This document shows positions 11,990-24,563 of a stretch of DNA of 64,000 nucleotides, one piece after another. A program made the translations under genes and the position numbers. A model generated the notes under the pieces. It had not been told where the DNA came from. It saw only the letters and a program-made list of their open reading frames with translations, and made no database searches. Every line of letters begins with the position of its first letter. Positions within the stretch are counted from its first letter, which is position 1. The stretch is from assembly GCA_038087875.1 (NCBI GenBank), contig CM075993.1, positions 9,424,001-9,488,000 on the forward strand, given 5' to 3'. This DNA is from Malacoraja senta (lineage: Eukaryota).

Positions 11990-12549
11990 CCCCATCCGGG
12001 AGGGTAACAGACGCATAAGGCTTAGTGTCACCCGGTCGATTGAGGGCCGCCGAGAAAACCCGTTGGGGTCCCTGGCCACACCCCTAGTCTTGAGGAACCG
12101 GCACAGTCCATCCATGGGGGCTCTCGTCTTGGGCCGGGTTTTCTTCATTCTGCCCATGATTCCCCTTTTTCTCACAATGTATTTTCCAAAGGACATAGAG
12201 GGTGCTAGTGGGAACGCCGTCTATTGGTTCCTTATCCACTCCAGCTCAGAGGAGGGCCAGAAACGGTTCCTTTTTGGACAGACGGCCTTAGCCCCAGCCC
12301 CTGGTCTAGGATTGGATGCATCAAATCTCCTCACTTGTCGCCTCGAGGAGGCTTGGTCATTCAAATGGTCCAACCCCTCTAGTGCATTGAAGGCTGCCCC
12401 TATAGATTCCTTAACCGCCGGTCCTAGGAGCAGGAGTACCACCCCCTGATGTCAGGCGCTGCAGTCTTAACCAAATAAGAAAGGATGGAGGCAGTAAAGT
12501 CATAGTCCTCAGGACTCTCATAATTCTAGTCATCATCACACAAGGACAT
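11990..12549 (-). pseudogene. ERV-L-like gag C-terminal part and first residues of protease (decayed)
   Basis: ESPEDYDFTASILSYLVKTAAP, VVLLLLGPAVKESIGAAFNALEGL, LCRFLKTRGV and GDTKPYASVTL resemble remembered ERV-L gag/pro motifs. Confidence 0.6.
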
Positions 12550-13063
12550 AATAGTAAGATTAAACGAGAACTTACCTAAGTTTGAAGTTTGATCTTTATT
12601 TTATTTGGAGTTACGTAGGTGATTACGTGAAGAACCCCACCAGTGCGCCTGCGCGTCAATCTTCAAAGCAGCGGTGTGAAATCACAAAAAACAACAACCG
12701 AAGTAATATAGTCTCATAATAAAACGAGTAATACAAGAACTACCATCTGACCTTTATGATAGAGGGTAGGGTCGTGGTGGGCACGTAATCACCTACGTAA
12801 CTCCTCATAAAATAAAGATCAAACTTCAAACTTAGGTAAGTTCTCGTTTAATCTTACTATTTTACTTCGGAGTCACGTGAGTGACTACGTGAAGATTTTA
12901 AAGCTTTGTGATTTCATGCCGTGGATCAATCCCGGCTTCTCACTGCATAGATTGACTCAGAACGAGAATAATCAATCATGCATTCATAATAACATTTGTA
13001 CCACAAATGCAGTAATTCATTTCAATAATGAAATGAATCAGATCCCCTTTAAACCAGAGGAAT

Positions 13064-13960
13064 TTACACAGAACTTAAAATAGTTTCTGCAAACAACCCC
13101 GCATTAACAATAGGCCGATGGTAAAAATGTTGAAACATCAACTCATTGGACCACCCGGCGGCTGCGAGGATATGGTCGACGGGGACGTCTTTTGCCCTGG
13201 CCGGCGACGTTTCTGCTGCCCTAGTCGATTGAGACGTAAAAACATAAGTGTTAATACCAGCAGCTGTTAAGACTTCTTTTATCCATCTGGAAATAGTCTG
13301 TATTGAAACTCTCTTGTGTGGTTTCTTGTGTGTGATCAACAACCCAGTTTCCGTATTCTCAAATTCTTTGTGACCTCAATGTATTGTAATAAATATGTCT
13401 TAATACAGAGACATGGATCATTTGGATATGCTGCTAGCATAATTTTAAATTCTGTCACACCAGGCCTAATTTACTTTAGTAGGTCATAGATATAGAATGT
13501 AACCTTGTCTTCAGTTACTTCCATACTGTCTATTTGTAATTTTCCAAGTGTTTGCACTCGTTGTGCTGTCACTCATGCCATAAGCATGAATACTTTCATA
13601 CTGAGCTTGACCAAAGGTAAAGACACACTTGATGACCATTCATGAAGTAGTTTCAGTACCACACTTACATCCCAGATTGTCACGTACCTAGGTTTCGGTG
13701 GTTTGGAATTAAAGATTCCTTTCATTAGTCTGGAAACAATTGGGTGTGACCCAATTGAGTTTCTTTCTGAATCCAGAACCAAATATGAGGACAATGCACT
13801 TCTGGCTGAATTAATTGCACTACAACTCAGACCTTCATCATAATAAAGTTTTGACAGAAATTCTAAACATTTGAAATATCTGCAGTACTTTATTGCACAT
13901 TCTTTTGTACACAGAACTCTTCCCATTTCTTAATATAAGAAAGGTACTGTTTTTGAGTGC
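13064..13960 (-). pseudogene. DIRS tyrosine recombinase (frameshifted)
   Basis: SAINSARSALS..GSHPIVSRLMKGIFNSKPPKPRYVTIWDVSVVL; TISRWIKEVLTAAGI..FTSQSTRAA (HSTR box with H>Q), AAGWS..FQHFYHRPI. Confidence 0.9.
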
Positions 13961-14029
13961 TCTTCCTCCAGGTCCACAGTATGCTCAGACAGTCCTCGTC
14001 CCAGAAAAGCCATTCATAAAACCTGCAAA

Positions 14030-15800
14030 TCAACAAATCCAAACGATCATATAATGGATGTTGTTCCCCTGTACAGGGTGCAGCAATAAATTACTCTTTT
14101 TTGGGACTTTCATCAACATGTGTGTTGTTAATTCTAATATCAACGGATACCATGGCTGTGTAGGCCAATCTGGTACTACCAATACCCTTGAAGCAGCATC
14201 TTGCCTGATTTTAAGCAAACATTGGCTTACGAGGCAGAAAGGTGTAAATATATATGAAAACATACCACCCCAATGTAGCGAGAAAGCATCAATCGCCACT
14301 GCTCCTGGATCTGGTTTCCATGAGACATATCTCGATAGCTGATGATTCAAGTCGATGTCGGTCATTCCAAATCTGATTACTATATCATTGAATACCTCGT
14401 GATTCAACATCCATTCTTTATTATCATGGAACTTTTCGTGACCTGGTGTCTGCTATCGTGTTCATTCTACCTGGTAGATAGATAGCTGAAATCCAAATGT
14501 TCTTTTCAATACACTAAGACCAAAGTTGATTTAACCATTTTGTCACATGACACCGACTTAATTCCACCCATATCATTAATATAGGCAACTACTGTTGTGT
14601 TTATTAATTTGAACTTGAACCTTCCTTTTAGTTGTGTTAGAACCATAAGCTTGGAGTCCATAGAAACCTCCTAAAAGCTCCAAATAGGTAATTCCCCATG
14701 TCTGCAGTAACACTAACTTTTCCTGATTCCATCTGCCTCCGCAGCTCGATGTTAAGTGAGTTGCACCCCATCCTAGTGCACTGGCATCAGTTTGTGATAT
14801 CATGGAAGGTTGTTCAATCAGCACTTTGCCTGAACTGCTTGAGACATGTAGATTAGAAACAGCATTTGTTGTTACTTGCATGGTTCTATCAAAATGACCA
14901 GCATTTACTCTCAGTGCCTGTTCTTTGATTCTCTGCAGCTGTTGATAATGTAATGGTCCATACTGGACTGCTGGGAATCTACTAATTTTCCCAGTACTCG
15001 AGCCACCTGTCTGATTAGAGGTTTTTGCTCGTTTAACAGATTACTGCAATCTTTAATCAACTCCACCCTTTTTTCACTGGGCAAAGTAATTTGCATTTGG
15101 GCTAAATCAATTGTGAACCCCAAATAATCAATCGAGGTACATGTTTTTAACCTTGATTTCTTGGGATGAATTTAGAAACCCCCAAACTTTCAAAAGTTTG
15201 ATTTTATTACTGCAACCGATGCTTCTGTTGACTGTTTTGTCCTTCCTATAATCAGGACGTCATCCAGGTATCCCATTAGTACATGCCCCTGGCTCTCAGC
15301 AACCCCAGAATTGATTTAAACAATTTTATGAATATTCTGGGAGGGAACGTTAACCCATTAGGCAGAGCTTTGAACTGCCCTAATTGGTTCATCCATGTAA
15401 ATTTAAGATACTTCATATCTTGCAAGTGAACAGACACTGAACAAAAGGATTCAGACTTGTCAAGTCTATAATAATCCTACATCCTCCATCCTTTTTTGAT
15501 CGAGGGAATATATTTGACCCAAATTGGTGAATTTGGTAGACTGATTCTTCAATAACACCTTTTATATATAGGGTTTTGAAGCGCAACTTGAACCTCCATT
15601 ACTTCGCAAAGTGGAGAGTTCTGCTAGGAACATGCTGGACAGGCAAATCATAATTTGGATTGAATTCAATTCGAAATCCTTGTATATTATTCAGAATTAC
15701 CACATCTGAAGTAATCTTCTTCCAATGTTTATAGAAGAGACGTAATCTGCCTCCAACTTTTGGACTTAATCCAGTTAGTATGTTCCCCTGAGAACCAGCT
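14030..15800 (-). pseudogene. DIRS RT - RNase H - methyltransferase-like ORF (fragmented)
   Basis: VGGRLRLFYKHWKKITSD; LMGYLDDVLII (YLDD at 15259-15270); QTDASALGWGA; ITYLELLG; YVSWKPDPGAVAIDAFSLHWGG..VVPDWPTQPWYP. Confidence 0.9.
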
Positions 15801-15844
15801 CCACCTACCTCTTGAGTCATTTGAGTATTCTGAGATCCCTGGAT

Positions 15845-17087
15845 TCACCCGGAAGCACCACCACTGGTCCTTACTCCCGCTGCAGGCCGCCAGCTACGTC
15901 CCTGCGTTGATGAGCGACTTGGTCCTGGTCTAGGATCCGTATGACGTCTGAAAGGATACTTCCTCTTTACAGACTTTGCAACCATTGATGTTTTTATCAA
16001 TCCTGTTTTCACTTCATCTTCCAACTCTTTAATACGTCTCCCGAGATCCTCTCCAAAGAGTAAGTTGGGTAATTGTATATTACTTGGTTTGCAGAGTGCT
16101 GCGAATTTCGGATTCATAGTAGGCCGTATAGCACTTTCCTCAGATAATTGATCTCGAAGTGGGTGCTGCATAGCAACCCCAGTGCTTCCTGATGCAACTT
16201 CGTCATCTCTTGGCTGTTACCTGCTATTCTGGTAAAAGCAGTTATTCCAGAACCCAGCAGCTTTAATATTCTCTGCAACTGATTCCAGATAATTTGGTTC
16301 ACTGCTGCTGCTTTCAGCAACCCACAGTTACTTGGGGTCTCCTGCTTTCTTGCAGTCTCATCCATCTCCTGCTGTTCCAGCTGATGGTAAACCAAGTAAT
16401 TTATTAAGGAGGCCAGTTCTTCTCCTAATGGCTCTCCTGACCCTGACGGGGCAGCGAATCCTACTGCCAGGGGTGGAACATCTGGCAGCTGCCGTTCATT
16501 GCCTTGTACAGCCTCACCGTCAGAGTCGGGGTCTGAAATCTCGTGACCCGTGGCACGCTCCTCATTCCTGAGGGTGCATTCCATCAGCCCTGAGCCAGGT
16601 GCTGTTAAGCTGCTTCCTGCAACTTGGATTACAGTACACTCCTTCCTGAGTGAACTTTGCTCCAACAGCCTATGAAAAAGGCTTTCTATTTGGGCAATAC
16701 GCTCGAAAGCAGTATCTAGCCCTGTACCAGGAGCTGTTTGAGCTGCTTCCAGCAACTTGGCTTTCAGTACACTCCTCCCTGAGTGAACTTTTCTCCAACA
16801 GCCTATGTAAAAGGCTTTCTATTTGGGCAATACGCTCGAAAGCAGTATCTAGCCCTGGAGCTACTTCCATTGCCTGGGACTCCCTCCGTGGGCTGTTGGG
16901 ATTTAAACTTTTTTTGCCCGACAGGCGCTGACTGTGTTTTCACCAGCCCCAGGTCCACAGTCGCTATGCTCACCGCTGGCGACTGTACCGGGGTTTAGAG
17001 GCAGTTGGTCTCTAACCGCAGACTCCCGACTTTCCCGACTTCTGTCGGCTGTGTCGCTCGCCTCTTCCACCTGTCCGTTTTTTCCAT
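15845..17087 (-). pseudogene. DIRS ORF1 (gag-like), decayed, with ~130-bp internal tandem duplication (16609-16724 / 16743-16857)
   Basis: GCCATGG start at 17087; ETPSNCGLL..VNQIIW, HFEINYLR, IRPTMNPKFAALC..LLFGEDL motifs. Confidence 0.75.
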
Positions 17088-17299
17088 GGCGTCTGTGGAA
17101 AAAATCCCCATAGACCCACAGTAAACGGACCTGGAAAACATGAAAAAAGTTTCTACTTACCTTGTAGTTGAAAAACTACAAATCCACTGGAGGAGCTCTG
17201 CTCCTCACGTCCGTTTGCGTCAAGGCGTCTGACGTAATGACGCGCAGGCGCACTGAAGGGGTTCTTCACGTAGTCACTCACGTGACTCCGAAGTAAAAT

Positions 17300-17630
17300 C
17301 AGGGCCCATTGTCATGCCACTGCCCCCTCCTCGGCTGTGGACCATGGTGGGGGGGGGGGGTTCAGGTGGTAAGTCTGCCGATGGGGGATGGTAGGGACCC
17401 TAATCCACTGCCTGTTCACCGCTGTGGTTATCATACCAGATGTCCCCATCCCAGGTATTAACGTCCTCCCTCCTTATCATTAGTGAACGGACTTTAATCG
17501 GATCAACTTGCCAGTCCGTGTGCTTAACTGCCTCAGCTTGCTGGAGTCTGGCCAACTCACAAGCAGTGTCCACCGCCCGGTTTTCCATCTCCGCTGAGGT
17601 TTCTGGATGTCTCCTGTCGTTTTATCATCA
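17300..17630 (-). pseudogene. ERV-L-like gag N-terminal/central remnant
   Basis: VDPIKVRSLM..DVNTWDGDIW and DLPPEPPPPWSTAEEG; the frame joins 12549 across the DIRS insertion. Confidence 0.6.
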
Positions 17631-18732
17631 TCATTACTAATACCTTAAAAAAAACAAAATAAAATTATTAATTTAATTTCATTTCCATATTTACTATGGT
17701 GAGGTAGAACTTGGGACTCTGAACTTATATTGCAGGCTCAGCAACCTAAATGCACCAATATTCCAATGTTCTTTCTTTGAATATGCAGGGTAGAAAGTTG
17801 ATTTGTATCATGATTTATCTGTGATTTATTGACTATTAAATTGCCTAATTGGCAAGTTCATGTCAATAGAATTGTTACCCATATTGATATGACTTATATT
17901 GCAGGTAGTTATCCAATGCAGGATAACTATGGTGCCATAATGGTTCAGACAGGTTACACCCATCTTTGCAATTAATGAAATCTAGTGATTAAGAATTACT
18001 AGAATATAAGAATTGCTTGTTTCCACAAACGCAACTGGTTTAATTTTGTCCTTCAGAAAGTTGCAACCAACTGATTTTCATACTTTCAAAATGATTCTGA
18101 ATTGGTTGAAGTCTGTTTCCAAGATTGCTGTATCGTTTTTCCAAAATGTTCAGGGTTGTCTGGTTTTATGTCTGAGTTGACAGGAATCCCGCAGCAACTT
18201 AAAATATTGAGTAAACTGCGTGGTTTCATTGAGTTAGTTTAACTGTCTTAGATTGCGAAACCTACTTTTAGAATAACCAGGATAAACCAGAAATGCCACA
18301 GGTTCACCCTCTCATAAACTGAATTGCTCAGATATATAAATATGAGTTTTATTAGATATTTTTGCCACTTTAGATTTAAGTTCAGAATTGGGCAGATTGC
18401 GTGGCCTCTGGGTTTCTCAGAAATTCTTTCTGCCAATTCCTTTGAAAGGCAGCAATGTTTCATTCACAGATGGTACTTTAGAAAAGGCAAACAAAAGTTT
18501 AAAAGCTTATAGAAGTTTTTTGAAGGGTGGGAGGGCATGAGTCACTTTACAAGTACATGGGAAGGGCAGAAAGAGAGAACTTGAATGCCTGACCAGAGAG
18601 AGGAAGCGGAGGAGAGAGAATTGGAAAGAGAAAAGTGCTACATTCTTCCGAAAAAAAGGCAAACACTACACATTGTAGACGGGCAAGGGCCAAGTTATAC
18701 ACAAAGAATGGAAGGTGACATGAATACTTTTA

Positions 18733-20253
18733 CATAGAAACATAGAAACATAGAAAATAGGTGCAGGAGGAGGCCATTCAGCCCTTCGAGCCAGCACTGC
18801 CATACATTGTGATCATGGCTGATCGTCTCCAATCAATAACCCGTGCCTGCCTTCTCCCCATATCCCTTGATTCCACCAGCCCCTAGAGCTCTATCTAACT
18901 CTCTCTTAAATCCATCCAGTGATTGGGCCTCCACTGACCTCTGTGGCAGGGAATTCTACAATTTCACAACTCTCTGGGTGAAACCGTTTTTTCTTACCTC
19001 AGTCCTAAATGCCCTCCCCTTTATTCTAAGACTGTGCTCCCTGGTTCTGGACTCGCCCAACATTGGGAACATTTTTCCTGCATCTAGCTTGTCCAGTCCT
19101 TTTATAATTTTATATGTTTCTATAAGATCCCCCTCATCCTTCTAAACTCCAGTGAATACAAGCCTAGTCTTTTCAATCTTTCCTCATATGACAGTCCCGC
19201 CATCCCAGGGATCAATCTCGTGAACCTACGCTACACTGCCTCAATCACAAGGATGTCCTTCCTCAAATTAGGAGACCAAAACTGTACACAATACTCCAAA
19301 TGTGGTCTTACCAGAGCCCTATACAACTGCAGAAGAACCTCTCTACTCCTATACTGAAATCCTTTTGCTATTAAGGCCAACATTCCATAAGCTTTATTCA
19401 CTGCCTGCTGTACCTGCACGCCAACTTTCAGTGACCGGTGTACAAGGACACCCCCCCATTGAGATAATAATCTTCCCCCTTGTTTTTGCCACCAAAGTGG
19501 ATAACCTCACATTTATCTATATTATACTGCATCTGCCCACTCACTCAACCTGTCCAGGTCACCCTGCAACCTCCTAACATCCTCTTCACAGTTCACACTG
19601 CCACCCAGCTTTGTGTCATCCGCAAACTTGCTAGTGTTGCTCCTAATTCCCTCTTCCAAATCATTAATATATATGGTAAACAGTTGCGGCCCCAACACCG
19701 AGCCTTGCGGCACTCCACTCGCCACTGCCTGCCATTCTGAAAAGGACCCGTTCACTCCTACTCTTTGTTTCCTGTCTGCCAACCAATTTTCTATCCATGT
19801 CAACACCCTACCCCCAATATCATTTTAGTCACCGTTCTCCCGTGCGGGAGCTGATCAAAGGCTTTCTGAAAATCTAGATACACTACATCCACTGGCTCCC
19901 CTTCATCCATTTTACTTGTCACGTCCTCAAAAAATTCCAGAAGATTAGTCAAGCATGATTTTCCTTCCATAAATCCATGCTGACTTGGACTAATCCTTTT
20001 ACTGCTATCCAAATGCCCCATTATTACCTCTTTAATAATTGACTCCAGCATCTTCCCCACCACCGAAGTCAGGCTAACTGGTCTGTAATTCCCCGTTTTC
20101 TCTCTTGCTCCTTTCTTGAAAAGTGGGATAACATTAGCTATCCTCCAATCCACAGGAACTGATCCTGAATCTATTGAACATTGGAAAATGATCACCAATG
20201 CGTCCACTATTTCTAGAGCCACCTTGCTGAGGACCCTGGGACGCAGACCATCA
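18733..20253 (-). mobile_element. CR1 LINE (HER1-like), 5'-truncated
   Basis: [55 protein letters not shown]; (TTTCTATG)n tail at 18733-18757. Confidence 0.95.
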
Positions 20254-20512
20254 GTTGTTTTAATCAAAGAGCAATTACAACTGCAAACAAAAGTACTAAT
20301 TTCATAATAATGCACCGCACAAACTGTTGACAACAGAACATTCATCAAGTATGTTAATAATAAATAGATCGGGCTATAATACTTCTGTCCTTATGCATTA
20401 ATTTATGTGATGTGATCGTCAGACTGCATGTGATCATGCTTCTCTCTGATAAACAAATCTGAGCGGCAATCAAATTTCTGCACCTCACAGTATAGTTCCA
20501 TCAGGTGTTCAA

Positions 20513-21857
20513 GACAATAGGTGCAGGAGTAGGCCATTCAGCCCTTCGAGCCAGCACCGCCATTCAATGTGAAAATGGCTGATCATCCACAATCAGTACC
20601 CCGTTCCTGCCTTCTCCCCATATCCCTTGATTCCACTAGCCCAAACAGCTCTATCTAACTCTCTTTTGAATGCATCCAGTGAATACACCTCCACTGCCTT
20701 CTGAGGCAGAGAATGCCACAAATTCTCAACTTTCTGTGTAAAAAGTTTTTCCTCATCTCAGTTCTAAATGGCCCACCCCTTATTCTTAAACTGTGGCCCC
20801 TGGTTCTGGACTTCCCCCAACATCGGGAACATGTTTCCTGCATCTAGCGTGTCTAATCCCTTAACAATTTTATATGTTTCTATAAGATATCCTCTCATCC
20901 TTCTAAATTCCAGTGAATACAAGCCCAGTCTCTCCATTCTTCCATCATATGATAGTCCCGCCATCCCGGGAATTAACCTTGTAAACCTACGCTGCACTCC
21001 CTCAATAGCAAGAATGTTCTTCCTCAAATTAGGAGACCAAAACTCCACACAATACTCCAGGTCTGGTCTCATCAGGGTCCTGTACAGCTGTACCTGCATG
21101 CTTACTTTCATTGACTGATGTACAAGGACACCCAGATCACGTTGTACTTCCCCTTTTCCTAACCTGACACCATTCAGATAGTAATCTGCCTTCCTGTACT
21201 TGCTACCAAAGTTGATAACCTCACATTTATCCACATTATACTGCATCTGCCATGCATCTGCCCACTCACCCTACCTGTCCAAGACACCCTGCATCCTCAT
21301 AGCATCCTCCTCACAGTTCACACTGCCACTCAGCTTTGTGTCATCTGCAAATTTGGTAATGTTACTCTTAATCCCTTCATCTAAATCATTAATGTATATT
21401 GTAAATAGCTGCGGTCCCAGCACCAAGCCTTATGGCACCCCACTAGTCACTGCCTGCCATTCTGAAATGGACCCGTTAATCCTTACTCTTTGTTTCTTGT
21501 CTGGCAACCAATTTTCTATCTATGTCAATACCCTACCCCCAATACCATGTCCACTAATCCGTGTGGGGCCTTATCAAAGGCTTTCTGAAAGTCCAGGTAT
21601 ACTACACCCATTGGCTCTCTCTTGTCCATTTTCCTTGTTACATCCTCAAAAAATTCCAGGAGATTTGTCAAGCAAGGTTTGCCCTTCGTAAATCCATGTT
21701 GACTTGGACCGATCCTGTTACTGCTTTTATCCCAGAAATACTTGCCAGTGCTGTTCCACTGTCATCCCTGCTACAGTCCCTTTCCAGTCAACTTTGGCTA
21801 GCTCCTCCATCATGCCTCCATAGTCCCCTTTGTTCAACTGCAATACTGACACTTCCG
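20513..21857 (-). mobile_element. CR1 LINE (HER1-like), truncated with internal deletions
   Basis: QYNVDKCEV..QRDLGVLVHQS..VQRRFTRLIPGM..RMRGYLIETYKI; same 3' UTR as the 18733 copy. Confidence 0.9.
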
Positions 21858-21862
21858 ATTTT

Positions 21863-22882
21863 CGTGTGCGGACGTGGCGCCGACAGACGAGAAGCCGAAG
21901 CAAAGAAGTGGAAGCCAAATATCCGAATGGAAACGAAGCCGAAACGCCAAATAACCGAATGGAAACAAAGCTGAAACGCCAACTAACCGAAAGGGTGGGA
22001 CGTCTAAATGCAAACTAACCGAAAGGGCGGGACGCCTAAAAGCCAACCAACCGAAAGGCTGTGTCGCCTAAAAGCAAACTTACCGATTGGCCGCTCTGAC
22101 GAAACGCCACCTACCCGAAAGGCGGCGTCGCCTACAAGCCAACGGATCGAATGCCGCTCAACAGAAAAGTCAAATAACGGACATGACGTTGCCGGGGGGC
22201 GGGATTTGTCAGCGATTGGTCCAGACTCCCACGTCCATCACATCACTGTGGAGGGATGAACATTGTCCCACAACTCCGCTCCACCCGACCCACAGCCCGC
22301 GGAGGGTTGCCGTGGGAGAGTGGGGGCTGCCCCGAGGGATGCGCACCTTCCGCCGCTTACAACTTGGTGCTTGGGTTCAGATTGCCCAATCACCTATGGC
22401 TTGTGTGGGAAAATGACCCCCTCGCTCCCGTCCCCCACTTCTCTCTCCCCTCTTCACTCTCTCCCCCCTCTCTCTCCTCCTCCCCTCTCTCTCCCCCTCT
22501 CTCTCCCTTCTCTCTCTCCCCTCTCTTTCTCTCCCCTTCTCTCTCTCCCCCTCCCCTCTCTCTCCCCCTCTCTCTCCATTCTCTCTCTCCCCCTTCTCTC
22601 TCCCCTCCTCTCTCTCCCCCCTCTCTCTCCCTTCTCTCTCTCCCCCTCTCTTTCGCTCCCCTTTTCTCTCTCTTCCCCCCTCTCGGAGGGGGGAGAGAGA
22701 GAAATGGCTCCCACCGGACCGTAGGGGTCATTTTCCCACACACGCCATGGGTGACTTTGTCCACACTTTGTCCTGCCTCTCCTCTCTCCCAGCTTCCCCC
22801 CCGCCACCTCCCCTACTGTCGGTCTGAAGAAAGGTCCCAAACCTTTTTTGCAAACCAACATCTGTAGTTCCTTGTTTCTACA
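21863..22882 (+). mobile_element. Single arm of the foldback family (cf. 8422-9976) with a CT-rich tract, ending in a Penelope pLTR fragment
   Basis: Starts cgtgtgcggacg; shares aacggacatgacgt..ttgtcagcgattggtccagac..cacatcactg; gtctgaagaaaggtccc at ~22822. Confidence 0.65.
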
Positions 22883-23445
22883 TTAAGAACTTAACTGCAT
22901 TTAGGCATACAGTAAATAGCACAAAACATTAATAAAGTCATAGAGTCCTACAGCGTGGAAACAGGTGCTTCAGCCCAACTTGCCCACACTGGCCAACATG
23001 ACCCATCTACACTAGTCCCACCTGCCTGCATTTGGCCCATATCCCTCTAAACCTGTCCTATCCAAGTCTAAATCTTTCTTAAACATTGCAATAGTACCTG
23101 CCACAACTACCTCCACCGGCAGCTCATTCCATACACCTACCACCCTTTGCGTGATAAAGTTACCCTCAGTAATAACTAATATCAATCTTTCCCCCCTCAC
23201 CTTAAACCTATGTCTTCTGGTTCTCAATTCCCCAACTCTGGGTTAGAGACTCTGCATCTACCTGATCTATTTGTCCCATGATTTTGTACACCTCTAAAAA
23301 ATCATCCCTCATCCTCCTGTGCTACGAGGATTAGAGTCCTAGCCTGCTCAACCTCTCCCTATTGCTCAGGCCCTTGAGTCCTGGCAACATCCTCGTAAAT
23401 TTTCTCTGCACCCTTTACAGCTTGACAACATCTTTTCTATAACAT

Positions 23446-23992
23446 AGTACTGGAAGCAGTGAAGAAAACATGTTGGCCTTCAGAACGAGTGGATTTGAGT
23501 ATAGGAGTAAAGAGGGCCCTGGTGAGACCACATCTGGAGTATCGTGTGCAGTTTTGGTCTCCTAATTTGTGGAAAGACATCCTTGCTATTGAGGGAGTGC
23601 AGGGGATGAGAGGGGATCTTATGGAAATATCTAAAATTATAAAAGGACTGAACAAGCTAGATGCAGGAAAAAATTCCCAATGTTGGGGGAGTCCAGAACC
23701 AGAGGCCACAGTCCAAGAATAAAGGGGAGGATTTAAAACTGAGATGAGAAAAAACGTTTTCACCCAGAGAGTTGTGAATTTGTGGAATTCTCTGCCACAG
23801 AAGGCAGTGGAGGCCAATTCACTTGATGAATTTAAAAGAGAGTTAGACAGAGCTCTTTGTGCTAGCAGAATCAAGGGGTATGGGGAGAAGGCAGGCACGG
23901 GTTGCTGATTGTGGATGATCAGCCATGATCACAATGAAGGGTGCTGCTGGCTCAAAGGGCCGAATGGCCTCCTCCTGTACCTATTTTCTATG
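23446..23992 (+). mobile_element. CR1 (HER1-like) 3' fragment inserted antisense into another CR1, TSD TAACAT
   Basis: ALVRPHLEY..FWSPNL; tail ctattttctatg; TAACAT at 23440-23445 and 23993-23998. Confidence 0.9.
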
Positions 23993-24563
23993 TAACATGG
24001 TGCCCAAAACTAAAATTCTAATGTGGCCTCCAACATCTTATACAACTGTAACATGACTTCCTGACTTCTATACTCAATGCTCTAACTGATGAAGGCCAAT
24101 GTGCCAAAAGCCTTTTTGACCATCCTATCTACCTGTGATGTCGCTTTCAATGAACTATGTACCTGTACTCTTAGATCCCTCTGCTCAACAACACTCCACA
24201 GAGCCCTACCGTTCACTGTGTAGCTTCTGCCCATGTTAGTGCTCTCAAAATTCAACACCTCACATTTCCCTGTATAAAATTCCATCAACAATTCCTCAGC
24301 TCACCTGCCCAACCAGTCAAGTTCCTGCTGTAATTTTTGACAACCACCTTCACTGTCTACAATACCACCCACTTTTGTGTCATCTGCAAACTTGCTAACC
24401 ATGCCATGGCATGTACGTTTGCATCCAAATCATTGATATAGATGACAAACAACAATAGGGCCAGCACTGAACCATGCACACCATTAGTCACAGGCCTCCA
24501 GTCCGAAAAGCAATCTTTCACCATTACCCTCTGCTTCCTTCCATGAAGCCAATTTCCTATTCA

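Larger units (their letters stand above)
12550..17299 (-). mobile_element. Full-length decayed DIRS1-type tyrosine-recombinase retrotransposon
   Basis: ATT at both ends. ITR 17238-17272 vs 12624-12657. ICR 12782-12895 is complementary to both termini (12550-12629 and 17263-17299). gag, RT (YLDD), RNase H, MT and YR remnants lie in the expected order. Confidence 0.95.

Noticed and set aside
22256-22867. 203-aa, 153-aa and 135-aa overlapping ORFs
   Set aside because: They arise from a stop-free (CT)n-rich tract.
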